From Zootoca vivipara (lineage: Eukaryota), in contig NC_083279.1 of NCBI RefSeq assembly GCF_963506605.1, forward strand, positions 88,164,001-88,228,000: DNA of 64,000 bases, read 5' to 3'. The notes below the pieces were generated by a model. That model was not told where the DNA came from. It worked only from the letters and a program-made list of their open reading frames with translations, and did no database searches. Positions 47,835 to 60,738 of the stretch are shown here, piece after piece. Within the stretch, counting starts at the first letter, position 1. Every line of letters starts with the position of its first letter. The translations under genes and the position numbers were made by a program.

Positions 47835-50169
47835 TAAGATTGTGCTGTTAGGCTGCAATGCCAAACACGTTTGCTTAGGGGTAGGCCCCACTGAACAAAG
47901 TGAGGAGGGCTACGGGTTAGCTTATGTCAATTATTATTGACCAATATACCAAACCTGTTTTACATGTTGCGTCCAAAATCAGAGAGGAGGGCATTAAAAT
48001 GTGCAATATCGACACTTCTTACAACCTGGAAACTGTCCCACCCTTCCAGCTTTTTCTACGACCAAACTTTCTACCATACCTTGAAATCTGTCAGGGCAAC
48101 AAGTGGCCAGATTAAATAGCCCTGGAAGCCATTTCTGGCCTAGTAACTGCTGGTCACCCATGTCTCTGGCATAGCACGGAGGTCACCACGAAATGAGGCC
48201 CCTTGTGTAGAAAGCACAAGTGTTGTAAATGTCAGTGGAGTGCCTTCTGATTAATTAGGTTCACGGTTATTTCCTGGAAGGGTAAGCAAGTTTCTTCTCT
48301 CTGCTAAGTGCTTTGGGTTCTGTATATTGTTATATCATTCTCTCACCCCTCCCCCTTCTCTCTCTCTCTTCAAACCTACAGGAAGCTGCAGACACTTAAG
48401 ACCTTTTAAATAAATAAACCATGTTGGGATCTTGCATAAAGAGCATTGTATAAACATAAGCCAACGGCTATCAGATCCGTCCTTGCAGAAGATTTCATAC
48501 AGGAGGTGGGAATCATCTGCAGAGGGGGAGAAACTTTAAGAAGAGAAAGCAAGAAACACAAAAGCTTATGGTGTGTCAACATGCAAGAGACACCAGGAAG
48601 AAAAACTAGCAGAAAACAAAATTGTGCCAAATTTTGCTTGCAGGACAGAAAGAGGACGAAGTCCGTTTCAAGAACCGGGATAACCTGTCAACATGAAGCA
48701 ATCATACACACAAGAATAATTTGGGTGTCAGCTGCACAACCAGGCCTAAAGTCCAAACCTTTTTAAATGAAAAAAACATAACAGCATGCAATTAATTTTC
48801 TGGTGGGCATTTTATTGCTTAACCCCATTTTCTATGCATTAAGTCTGAATCATCTCAAGGGGAGGAGCCACCCACACAGTTGCTTGCAACTGGATTTGCC
48901 TCTCTCCAGCCCTTTCACATTTTTAAACACAGAGAGGATAGCAGGCAATGAAAGAGTTACTCTGCCACCTGCTGTGTCTGGTTACAAGATTCGGCTGCAA
49001 GCAGCATATTCCTAACACCTGCGGATATAAACGGGAGGCAAACAGCAGGACAGAGGAATAAAAGGAGGGTGCAGTTGAATACAGCAGCCCGGCTATTGCG
49101 ATGCATGCAATACTGTGCAACTGTTATGTAGGGCTGCCGCTAAGGGTGGTCGGGAACTGCAACTGATGCACAACCACAGCAGGTAAGTTGCTCAGTGGGG
49201 CTTCCTGCTGTGCCCACCTTACACCAGTAACAAAGGAGCTGATGAGCTACCAAGTCAAGTTTAAGACGTTGGTTTTGTTCTACAAAGCACCTAACCGCTA
49301 AGACCAGGTTCTCTGGGAGACGATCTGATCCTATATAAGCAGGTTGGGTCACTGCGGTTCATGGGTGAGGCCCACCTCACCTGACTGTTGAGCAAGGATG
49401 GGGCCCATCAAGCCCTTGCAAGCATGGACCACGGTCAGGGATTATGGGAGGTGCAGCCAAGCCGCTTGGGGAGGGCCATAGGTTCTCCATCTCTATAGCA
49501 GAACTCTAGGTGTGTTCCGTATCTCCATCTTTGGCCATTGAAGTAGACATGACGTAGGCAGCCATGTTGGTTGTTGACATCACCTGCCCCGTTCATGTAA
49601 AAATGAGAATGAAGGACTAATTCTGCAGCCCACAAAGGGATGAGCTGAAAGTACTTCACGCAACACGTAACTGACCAATGGAACTAGCTGTATGTAACAG
49701 GATGCGGAGACGGCCAATGGCTTGAGTGATTCTGAAGATGAGTTAAGACAAATTTGTGGAGAATAAGTCTACTACTTATGGTAGTTCTGTGCCACCCAGT
49801 AATAACTGATGGGGAGGAACAAAGGGATTGGGCTATTTCTTTTCTGATGTGCTTCATGGTGAATCAGATTGGTTCTGCTGCAATAGGATGCTAGATTAGC
49901 CAAACACCTTTCACCTGTCCCAAAGGGGCTCTTCTTGTGCCTTCAAAAATTAGATGTTCGTCAGGCCTGAAAATGCCCCAGGTGATGGCACCCAGGACTT
50001 CTGAAATAATTCTGCAGCCTTGCAGAGGGCTGGCAACTAAAAGCATGGCTCATATAAACTGGATGCTGGAACTGAGGAATGTGAAATATTTTCCCAGCCC
50101 TGCGCTAAATATTTGGAATGGTAACTCAAAATGCCAGTTGCTGTCCACTTCCTTTTTTGTTAACAATGC

Positions 50170-50172
<3 letters not shown>

Positions 50173-50236
<64 letters not shown>
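50173..50236. repeat. (GA)n microsatellite
   Basis: Directly visible. Confidence 0.98.
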
Positions 50237-50240
<4 letters not shown>

Positions 50241-50645
50241 TAACTAAAATGTGTACGGCATGTCTGGATATGTGTGGAAGGCCAAATTAAATCTTCACAT
50301 TGCTCAGAAAGAGTTAAATGCTTCACTGCTCAGATCTTCCCCTTTCCGGTGTCTCCCCGATAAGTACGGAAGATTTATGTGCAATGAATTTCCAATTACT
50401 GATCTCTACCAGCTGGGCTGTCAATCAGATTCTAGCGTACACTGGATGGCTTCACCCCCCTGTCCTTTCCTTGTTGTTAACAGATGCATGCAAAAGCACA
50501 GTATTATATATACATAGCAACTCTGATAACCAGCTACGTTAGAAAAAAAGGCATGGCTGAACCAAATATTCTCAGGTCTAAACTTCAGCACTCTCTCTTA
50601 ATGTACGGAACCAGCATTAGTTATTAGGCAAGTTAGGCATAGACC

Positions 50646-51062
50646 TGTTGTTGTTGTTTAGTCGTTTAGTCGTGTCCGACTCTTTGTGACCCCATGGAAC
50701 AGAGCACGCCAGGCACTCCTGTCTTGCACTGCCTCCCGCAGTTTGGTCAAACTCATGTTTGTAGCTTCGAGAACACTGTCCAACCATCTCGTCCTCTGTC
50801 GTCCCCTTCTCCTAGTGCCCTCCATCTTTCCCAACATCAGGGTCTTTTCCAAGGATTCTTCTCTTCTCATGAGGTGGCCAAAGTATTGGAGCCTCAGCTT
50901 CACGATCTGTCCTTCCAGTGAGCACTCAGGGCTGATTTCCCTCAGAATGGATAGGTTTGATCTTCTTGCAGTCCATGGGACTCTCAAGAGTCTCCTCCAG
51001 CACCATAATTCAAAAGCATCAATTCTTCGGCGATCAGCCTTCTTTATGGTCCAGCTCTCACT
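50646..51062 (-). mobile_element. BovB 3' fragment
   Basis: RVPWTARRSNLSILREISPECSLEGQIVKLRLQYFGH...SRTRLND; (CAA)n tail. Confidence 0.94.
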
Positions 51063-52009
51063 AGGGCAGGGAAACTGTGTCAGGGAGCAAGCTGGTCAAA
51101 TTCTCATTACCCCTCAATGCCTGATCAAGAGGAGACAGAAGTCCTAAGCCATGGTATAGGGAATCTTTCAGTGCACGGATCACATAACTTTTAGTGTTCA
51201 AATGGGATTGTTTCATTGCCTATTTGTATTATGCAATTTTTATTTGTTCGTGTCACCGTGACTGTAATTTATTTTAAACTGTTTTAATGTTGAATTTTAA
51301 ATTGTTGTAACCCAGCTGTAGGACCTGATGGTGAAGGACAGGTAATAAATTGAATTATTATTATTGATGATAATGATGATTTTATACTTTTAAACCAGTT
51401 AAAAGCCTATTTTTGCATTAAGGTGTATATAAATTAATAAATAATTTAATTAGCATAATATTTATTCATGCTAGAATTTAATATACTCCACTTCCTAATG
51501 AGGCCTCAGGGCAGCTCACAATATAGTTCAAGACATCAGTCACTGAAGCCAACTGCTTATTATGTTTAGTAGTTTTATTGGGCCTTTCGTCATTGTCTTC
51601 CTTTAAACTACACTGAAAACCACCGTGTTATAAAGGTTATGAAGGACAGTATGCAGCTTTAGGCCACAAAACAAGCAGCAGCCAATGCAGCAATTTCAAG
51701 CCTTCTTGCTAACCACCCAAAGTTACCTGGAATCAAAGTGCCTCGATGATCTGGGTATGGTTTGCTTGCTTGCTTGCTTAAAGCTGTAACAGAGCTGCCC
51801 CTCTGAACTTCCTTGGGAAAGGGCTTCTGCAATCTGGGTGCCACAACGTAGAAGGCCCTGCTCCTGGTCTGCACAAATCTAACATCAATAAAGACATGCT
51901 GCGGAGCAAGAAAGTAGAGTGGGAAATGTTCCAGTGCTTTTATACTTCTGTGGAAATTGTTCCGTTTCATAAATTCCTTAGTAACATTAAATGGAAGCCA
52001 CTTGCAAAT

Positions 52010-52831
52010 GCAGTGTCTGGAGGCGGTTGGAGGATAGATGGTGGCTAACAGATTGAGGCTGAATCCTGGTAAGACAGAAGTACTGTTTTGGCGGGACAGG
52101 GGGTGGCCAGGTGTGGGGGATTCCCTGGTCTTGAATGGAGCAACTGTGCCCCTGAAGGACCAGATGCACAGCCTAGGAGTCATTTTGGACTCACAGCTAT
52201 CCATGGAGTCACAGGTCAAGTCTGTGTCCAGGGCAGCTGTCTACCAGCTCCACTGTGGACTGTCTCGCCAGAGTGGTGCATGCCCTTGTTATCTCCCACC
52301 TGGGTTACTGCAATGCGCTCTACGTGGGGCTACCTTTGAAGGTGACTCGAAAATTGCAACTCATCCAGAATGGTGACTGGGAGTGGCTGCCGAGGCCATA
52401 TAACCTAAAGGATCTTCATTGGCTCCCAGTGCGTTTCTGAGCACAATTCAAAGTGTTGGTGCTGACCTTTAAAGCCTTAAAATGGCCTTGGCCCAGTATA
52501 CCTGAAGGAGTGTCTCCACCCCCATCGTTCTGCCTGGACACTGAGGTCCAGCTCCGAGGGCCTTCTGGCAGTTCCCTCACTGCGAGAAGTGAAGCTACAG
52601 GGAACCAGGCAGAGGGCCTTCTTGGTAGTGGCGCCCGCCCTGTGGAACACCCTCCCATCAGATGTCAAGGAAATAAAACAACTATCTCGACTTTTAGAAG
52701 GCATCTGAAGGCAGCCCTGTTTAGGGAAGTTTTAAATGTTTGATTTTCTATCGTGTTTTTAATATTCTGTTGGGAGCCACCCAGAGTGGATGGGGAAACC
52801 CAGCCAGATGGGCGGGGTATAAATAATACAG

Positions 52832-52890
<59 letters not shown>
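52010..52890 (+). mobile_element. L2 LINE 3' fragment with (GTT)n tail
   Basis: NRLRLNPGKTEVL, LGVILDSQLSM, LHWLPVRF motifs; frameshifted. Confidence 0.92.
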
Positions 52891-54157
52891 ACCATTAGGC
52901 AAGCTGGACAGTATCAAAGCTGCTATTAATGTATTTCAGGTGCTTACCCCTAGCAAGTAAGTGAGCAAATGTATCATGCCCAGTTCTTTGGGATGGCAGA
53001 ATACAGTCCCATGTCAACAGTTTTCAGTACTTTTGGCTTTTCTTCTTCTTAAGTTTAAACAATGTAAAGTAAATATGTGCTATTGTGTTTACATTTATAT
53101 ATGCATTCCAATAAAAAATGTCCACACCCTATTTAAAACTTTAATTCCCCACCCCCACCCCCGCTCAATATTTCAATATTGAGACAAAAAAATTCACTGG
53201 ATAATTTTCTTTCTTTGCTTACTAAATACAAGGGGGGAAAAGGCACACTAAACTAGATCACTCTCTATGGCACCTGAAGAAATTTTTTTTTGATGGAAAT
53301 GTTCTGGTACAAATTACCCCATACAAATTCTGGAAGGCCCACAACACTACTTGGGATGCAGTGCAGGAGGGTTCATAATAAGAACTTCCTCCGGAGAACA
53401 TTGCACATTTGCTTACCAATTTGTACTCCTGAAAGCTTTATTCTCCCGGGAACCACGAGCGCAACACAGAAACAGAATCACATCAGTCTGTGGGAATCGA
53501 GGTGGCAAGTGAAGTAGCTGCTTCCTCAACATCTGCATAGGAAAGAAGTAAAATCTGCATGGCCAGTGTGCATTTGAGGATGCTGAGACTGCTTTAAAAT
53601 TGTGACAGTTAAATATAAGGTGTTTTGAAGGTTTCCTGTTGTCTTCTAATCTATTACGAACTGGAAACATGCAATTTCCAGGGGGCATCCAAGTAGTGCC
53701 CTCCAGAAGTTGTAAACTACGACTCCCTTCAACTCCAGCCAGCATGACCAATGGTCAGGGCCTGTAGCCCACAATGCTGGGGGGGGGCGGGGCGGTGGAG
53801 AGACACACACATTGGCTGCCCCTGTGCTATTTAGTCAACCATGTCCCAATTCCCCCAGAAGTCAACATCTAAATCATGGGTCTTTCTCCACTTATAAACT
53901 GGTGAAGCTGCTGTGTGATGCTCTTAAGAGTGAAATTGGAGCTGACTGTCTATATCTTTGATCATGTGTTGCTGTTACTAGAATGTGAGGTTTTCCTTTC
54001 AGCAGATTGTGCCTGAACTGAGGAAAGTTCGGTGGCTGGAGTCATGCCCCTTATATGTACTCTTCCTGGTCTTCCAGCTAGTAAAGGTCGGAGTGATGAA
54101 AATCTTGCACACGGGCGCATCCCTTTTGCAGCTTTAGAAAAAATGTACTATTTAATG

Positions 54158-54318
54158 CAGGCACGCCCAAAGTCCAGTTCGGGGGCCTAATTTGGCCCCT
54201 GTGGCAGTATATGTCCTGGGGCAAAAATCCTAAAATAAGCTCAACAACTTTGATTGGCCCTCATGCATGTTCACTGCATCAAATCTGGCCTTCTTTGAAA
54301 AATGTTTGGGCACCCCTG
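54158..54318. mobile_element. hAT MITE
   Basis: CAGGCACGCCCAAA / TTTGGGCACCCCTG termini with perfect 8-bp TSD ATTTAATG. Confidence 0.85.
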
Positions 54319-54333
54319 ATTTAATGCCTAGTA

Positions 54334-54576
54334 CAGTCAAACCTTGGTTCCCGAACACCTCCGTTTTGGAACGTTTTGGCTCCCGGACGCCGAAAACCCG
54401 GACATAACTGCTCTGGTTTTCGAATGATTTTCAGAAGCCAAATGGCTTCCAAGCCACGTTTTTCTTTTCTTTTTCCATTGACTTTGCAGCCAGCCCTTTG
54501 ATCCTCGGTTTTCAAACTTTTCAGAAGCCGAACAGTCATCTGAAATGGATTAAGTACAAAAACCAAGGTTCCACTG
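54334..54576. mobile_element. Tigger/pogo-like MITE
   Basis: CAGTCAAACCTTGGTT / AACCAAGGTTCCACTG, TA TSD. Confidence 0.82.
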
Positions 54577-55547
54577 TATCCTGAAATTCTAATCTTGTGT
54601 GAGTTTAGGAGATTAGAAGTGGAACTAGGTGTCTGCCTCAGCTAAGGAAGACCCGGTTATCACCATGAAATTTTGACTTCAGCTAACAGCCGCTGTCATG
54701 GGCAATACATCAACCCAGGACAATAGATCGTCCTGATCTAACATGTATCTCCTCTGAACCAAGCTCACAGACAGACTGCTTGCATGGAAACAGACATCTC
54801 CCAAACCATGCTCACCAACCCCTTTCATGAAGAAACCTGGGCAATACTTGACACATATGAAAATACTGACGATTCATTCAGGAACTTTTGCAAAAGTCAG
54901 GGAAGGCTTTGAGTTGTAGAAAAAGTGTGGGTTTTCTTAGTATGCTATACAAGAATATTAGCTGAATAATGGCAATGTTGTGGGAGCATGACAAAAATAA
55001 TAACCCACAAATTAAAAAAATAATAACCCAGCCCCACGTCCTGGCCATTCCAAAGCGAAGTGCTCTGTTTCATATCAAACCAGCGGCACATCGATTTCTC
55101 TCATGTTGCACATGCAGCATTTCAAAAGGAAACGCAGGACAGCTTTGAATCAGCCCAGGAGCTGCTCCGCAGAAGAAAACACATAAATTCAGGCATGGAA
55201 AGGAAGAATTACCGGAAGAGCATGTAAAAAGAAGCTGGGATACTAGGAGAGGGTGTGTAAATGGATGTACTAGATATTTATTCCCCGTCAAGGAAAGCTG
55301 TTAATCCTCACAATGGCGTCCGCTCCAAGCTGTACGCCAAATAAATACTTGAGACGGAAAGGACAATCGCTTCTGCGAATCCACACCAACAATGGGAGCA
55401 GCTGCCAGGTTTAAAGTGGGTATTTAGAAAAGGAACATTTCCTTAACTTACTTGTCTTTTTTTTAAAAAAAAATTGCAATCCAACTGTTGGCACTTGCAT
55501 TCATGGTTAGTTACAGAATAGTGGAGCCCTGCCACCAGCCACCAAGG

Positions 55548-55762
55548 GGGGGAAAGGCCTATAGCTCAGTCCCAGAGTCAATGCTTTGCATACACAAGAT
55601 CCAGCCTGACAGCTCCCAGGGAAATAATCCTGCACAGCAGAGGTTGGGAAAGGCCTCATTCTAACTCAGACCCCAAAGAACTGCTGCTGCTGCCACCCAG
55701 AGGAGATAATAATGGATAGGATGGAGCCCTGGCCTGATTTGGCATGGGGCATGTTAATAGAT
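55548..55762 (+). mobile_element. Old tRNA-derived SINE (related to the 33975 element)
   Basis: TAGCTCAGT..AGAG..TGCTTTGCAT head and degenerate tail. Confidence 0.5.
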
Positions 55763-57462
55763 TCTACCCATCAATGGATTTGACTTTGATTTCAGGTTCT
55801 TTTCACACAACCACAAAAACACACGTTAGAACGCAGCTGATACCTGCATTCTTGTTGTACACATTACAGTAAGTGCTAGAGTAAGTGCATTGCACAATTC
55901 GGATAAGTACAGGTTTCGAAGGATGGTTTGTGCCTAATTTTCGGGAGCTATGCAAACAGAACCGAAATTCTCTCCCATCCCTAAGATAAGCTCAAAACCG
56001 CGTCCACAAGAATTCTGGGGAGGAAGTTATTAAGCACGCAGAAGAAGAGGCAAAAAGCGGACACAACTTTTGCAGGGTAGAGAAAACTTTCAGGAAATTA
56101 AAAGGACAGGTTTCGGCGCAAAGAGCAACACGCCAAGCAATGAAAAGTGATGGCCTGAATAAAACCACAGAGATGAAACTTTTCTATCTGAGTAAGGATC
56201 ACTGGGTAAACATCAAATCTCTTGCTTCTCCAGAATACACACCAATGGTTTTCAAACGTATTACCCCTCAAGGGGCTAATTTTGCAGAAACTGTCCAGCA
56301 AGAATCAGAAGGACATTTCAGGGAAGGTATTTTGTGCATATACAGATAAATATATAAAGAGAGAGAGAAAAATCTGGTCCTATAGGCCTCATTATAGGAG
56401 GAAACAGCCGTTCTTTAACCTCCCCCCCCCCTCTACTCGTGGTTATTGTTTAACCCTCCTGCATCTCCAATTTCAAAGTGGCATCCAGAGCCGTCATGAT
56501 TGGCAGCGCACACTAATCCATAGACTACAGAAGCATATGAGGGAGAATTCAGCCATACAGAGAAGATTTCAATGCGCACATTTCCCATGAGCATTATAAA
56601 AAAAACTAACAAAACTAACAGGCTAAGAATTCCCAGCATTCCATTGTCCCAAAGCCATTAAAAACATGAGCTTGTGGGCAAGGGGTAAAGACATACAAAG
56701 TGCCTGCAGATTTCTGAAATAAATTCTCCCTCGAAACAGGATAGCATCAGTGTTTTTGTTTGTTAAGAAAACATTGATTTGTGTCTTGCTACAGAATACC
56801 AGTAGTGAAACTCAAGTCCCCTAGTGAATAATGTTTCTACATGCTCCCCCTTGCTTTCTCCTGAATAGTCAAAACGTTATGGTTTACCTGCAAATTGAGA
56901 GAAAAACCTTCAATTGCTTAGATGTACGTTCCCTCACTGAAATTGCTGTCGGGGGGGGGGGCGCACCTTGAGCATTTCAGCAACCCAGCTACATCGGTGG
57001 CATTGTGGAAGGAACACAAGGAACTCTTGTGAGATGCAATGATGTCTAAATCACAGGGAGAAAATTGATTTTAGGGGGAGGAGGCTGCACAGAATTACTA
57101 CTAGGGTATTAGGGAGGCTCGGCGCTGTGCAAGTAAATAAATTAATGCACATTAAATAGGCACACAGATGAATAGGCTTAACAAAGCAAGACAGGGGAAA
57201 AGACACCCAACTTTGCAACCTGAGCTAACTTTAGAATTTGCCAGGGGCAGGTGGGGTGGGGTGGGGGGAAATACATGGAATTCTATTACTGAGCCACCAT
57301 ATGCAAGAACTTAACACTTCCCAGGGAGTGTCAGATGAAACTCTTTCCCAGCCCCAACTCTCTAAACCAGAGGTGGGTGACTTATAACTTCATTTATTAA
57401 AGTGATATATCATCTTTCCTCCTGAAGGAGCCCAGGGTGGCAAACAGCGAGTGATGAAATAG

Positions 57463-57545
57463 AGAAAGACAGGAGTGCCTGGCGTGCTATGGTCCATTGG
57501 GTCACGAAGAGTCGGACACGACTAAACGACTAAACAACAACAACA
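57463..57545 (+). mobile_element. Very short BovB 3' end
   Basis: GACAGGAGTGCCTGGCGTGC...GACTAAACAACAAC; 56-bp flanking duplication. Confidence 0.9.
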
Positions 57546-58037
57546 ATATCATCTTTCCTCCTGAAGGAGCCCAGGGTGGCAAACAGCAAGTGATGAAATA
57601 GTAACAACATACTTAACGCCTAGGAGGCTTACTGAAGGTCGTCTTCAGCTGGCACCTTCTAGGTGTCCCATCATCCCTGGTCCCTGGCCACACTGAATGG
57701 GGCTGATGGAGAGCAACAATATGAGGACCAAAGGCTAATAATCTCTGCTCTAAGCCATCCTTCCCAGCGCTTTGGCTTTCAACTCCTAGCCACTGGGCTT
57801 GCTGACTGGGGCTTGATGAAGGATGCAATCCAAAAGCTCTGGAGGGCACTACAATGGGGAAGGATCCTATAACTTCCCGGAGTTCCCTTTGGAAGAGGAA
57901 TGGATTGTCAAACCAACCTCTGTGAGAGGTATAGGGGTCTCCTAACAGCTCTCAGCGTCCTTAAAAATGACAGGTCGCAAGGTTCTTTGGAGAAAAGCAC
58001 AGCAGCTTTTCAGCCGTATGATATTCCGTTAAATGTA

Positions 58038-58396
58038 CTGGTGAAGCTCGGAAAATTAGAATATCGTCGAAAAGTGCATTTATTTCAGTAATGCAACTCA
58101 AAAGGTGAAACCAATATATGAGATAGATGCATGACATGCAAAGCAAGATATGTCAAGTCTTTTTGTTGTTGTAATTGTAATTATTTGTCGTTAGGCGGGT
58201 CAATTATAAATGGAATGTAATCGATGAAATATAATAGCAGTGTTTATTTTTGTATTATTGTAACTATTTGTTTTATTACTTTGGAATTTCCAAAAGAAAG
58301 CATTTGTAAAAATTAAAAGAAAAATTAAAAATAATAAGTTGCATTACTGAAATAAATGCACTTTTCGACATATCCTAATTTTCCGAGTTTCAAGTG
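58038..58396. mobile_element. Tc1-derived non-autonomous element
   Basis: ~60-bp TIRs (CTCGGAAAATTAG..TCGAAAAGTGCATTTATTTCAGTAATGCAACT and its reverse complement), TA on both sides. Confidence 0.85.
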
Positions 58397-58614
58397 TAAA
58401 TTGGGCCATACTTTCTTTTCTCCAAACGAAAACCTTCACTGTAATTTTTAAAATCTAGGGCAAGGGAAACCTACATGGTTCCCTCTTGAGAATTTTGGAT
58501 TACAATTCCCATCATCCCCCAGCCAAAATAGCCAAGGAACAGGAATGATGAGAGTTGTGATCCAATGACATATGAAGAGCAGGATATTGGCTTCTTCTAC
58601 TCTAGGGTTTTAAG

Positions 58615-59232
58615 ATGCAGCAGCTAAAAAAGCCAATGCAATTCTGGGCTGCATCAATAGGAGTATAGCATCTAGATCAAGGGAAGTAATAGTACCACTG
58701 TATTCCGCTCTGGTCAGACCTCACCTGGAGTACTGTGTCCAGTTCTGGGCACCACAGTTCAAGAAGGATACTGACAAGCTGGAACGTGTCCAGAGGAGGG
58801 CAACCAAAATGGTCAAAGGCCTGGAAACAATGCCTTATGAGGAACGGCTTAGGGAGCTGGGTATGTTTAGCCTGGAGAAGAGAAGGTTAAGGGGTGATAG
58901 GATAGCCATGTTCCAATATATAAAAGGATGTCATATAGAGGAGGGAGAAAGGTTGTTTTCTGCTGCTCCAGAGAAGCGGACACGGAGCAATGGATGCAAG
59001 CTACAAGAAAGAAGATTCCACCTAAACATTAGGAAGAACTTCCTGACAGTAACAGCTGATCGGCAGTGGAATTTGCTGCCAAGGAGTGTGGTGGAGTCTC
59101 CTTCTTTGGAGGTCTTTAAGCAGAGGCTTGACAGGCATATGTCAAGAATGCTTTGATGGTGTTTCCTGCTCGGCAGGGGGTTGGACTGGATGGCCCTTGT
59201 GGTCTCTTCCAACTCTATGATTCTATGATTCT
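58615..59232 (+). mobile_element. CR1 LINE 3' fragment
   Basis: [33 protein letters not shown] motif, (ATTCTATG)n tail. Confidence 0.94.
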
Positions 59233-59931
59233 AAGAGAGCATGCGCATCATCCCTCCCTCTTCAGGACTGCTTGTTGTTTTGTTGACCTGTACCAAATCG
59301 CTCCCACCCACCCCTAAACCTCCCTTAGCTATCCAGCCTTTCTTCTTAAGGAAAAGGCACACACCCCCTCCTCAAACCTCAATCGCCAATCATTTTAGCT
59401 GCCGAGCTCGGCGGCTTCTGAAATAAGGAGGCTAAGGGAGAAGCACAGCGCCACTGATGCATGAGCGAGCCCTCCTGACCTCTGACTGTGGCAGATCAAC
59501 AGCAGGCAAGAGAGCAGGACAGAGTGATGGGAACTGACAGGGGTTTCCTTGCGGAGATGGGCTGAACTGAGACGTCACCTCGCCGATGACAAAGTAATAA
59601 GGGGTTTCAAATGTGAAAAGTGGGTCAGGGACAAATAGGGCGGGACACACCCTGCGGTCGAAGTCGTAGTGGGGGGAAGCGAGAGAGAGGCTGGCGGTCA
59701 GCTCGAGGCGCTAGGAGCCAAGTTCTCAGAAATGTCAGTGCTTTTAAAGATGAACAGCGTGGCTTTTTCTTATGCACCTTTTCCAAGCTACTTAGAGCTG
59801 CCCCTTCCCCACAGGGCGCAGATCAGACACGAAACATTTGGCTCCTTTTTGAGTGACATATCTGGTCCAAGACGAACATTTGTTAAATGCAGGCTTGCAG
59901 ATGAAACTCACAGTTGTGTTATAGCAGAGGA

Positions 59932-59932
<1 letters not shown>

Positions 59933-59985
<53 letters not shown>
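59933..59985. repeat. (CA)n microsatellite
   Basis: Directly visible. Confidence 0.98.
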
Positions 59986-59987
<2 letters not shown>

Positions 59988-60247
59988 GCGCTAGCCCGCT
60001 AACCCTCATGTATCGTTTTTGGTAGCATGGAAGCAACGTGGAAAATGGATTAGAGCTGTGAAATGGCGCGTGGTTATGGAACATGGCAAATAGTGGTGAG
60101 GAGGCAGTGAGAGACAAGGAAGGAGAACGAAGTATGGAAGCAAGAGGGAGCAAAGGGAATGAAATGGAAGCTGGGCATGAATGGGTGGGTGGGTGGGTGG
60201 AGCAAAACATTCCCTATGTTATTCAACAAAGCAGCGTTAGGAAAATC

Positions 60248-60340
60248 GGCACTCGGCCATGAAGCTCACTGGGTGATCTTGGGTCACTTCCTGCCTCTCG
60301 GCCTAACCTACCTCACAGGGCTGCTGTGGGGATTAAATGA
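60248..60340 (+). mobile_element. MIR/CORE-SINE fragment
   Basis: CACTGGGTGATCTTGGGTCA..CCTAACCTACCTCACAGGG core-like motif. Confidence 0.65.
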
Positions 60341-60702
60341 TCCGGCCCCCTCTCTGTGGCCATCCTGTCTGTGGCTGGTGGATGTTGTACTCCAAAAACG
60401 CCTGGAGGGCACCAGGTTGGGGAAGGCAGCTTTAGACCCACAACTCTCAGAGTAACGGGCAGATTGGAACTTAGGCTGCCATTAGATTTTTTTTCATCCC
60501 TGTCTTTATCTGTATGGCTAAAGGGGCTTTAATTTTGTACTGATTTGTTCGATTTCTTCAACGTTAAACCACTTCAGGATGTTTTGTGGGATGTGATTCA
60601 TGAACGAAGTTAAATAAACAAATGCCACCATCTTCCAAAAATACTGTGATGCAATTCCTGGCAGTTTAAACATATCAAAATATGCAATTAATTACATACT
60701 GA

Positions 60703-60738
<36 letters not shown>

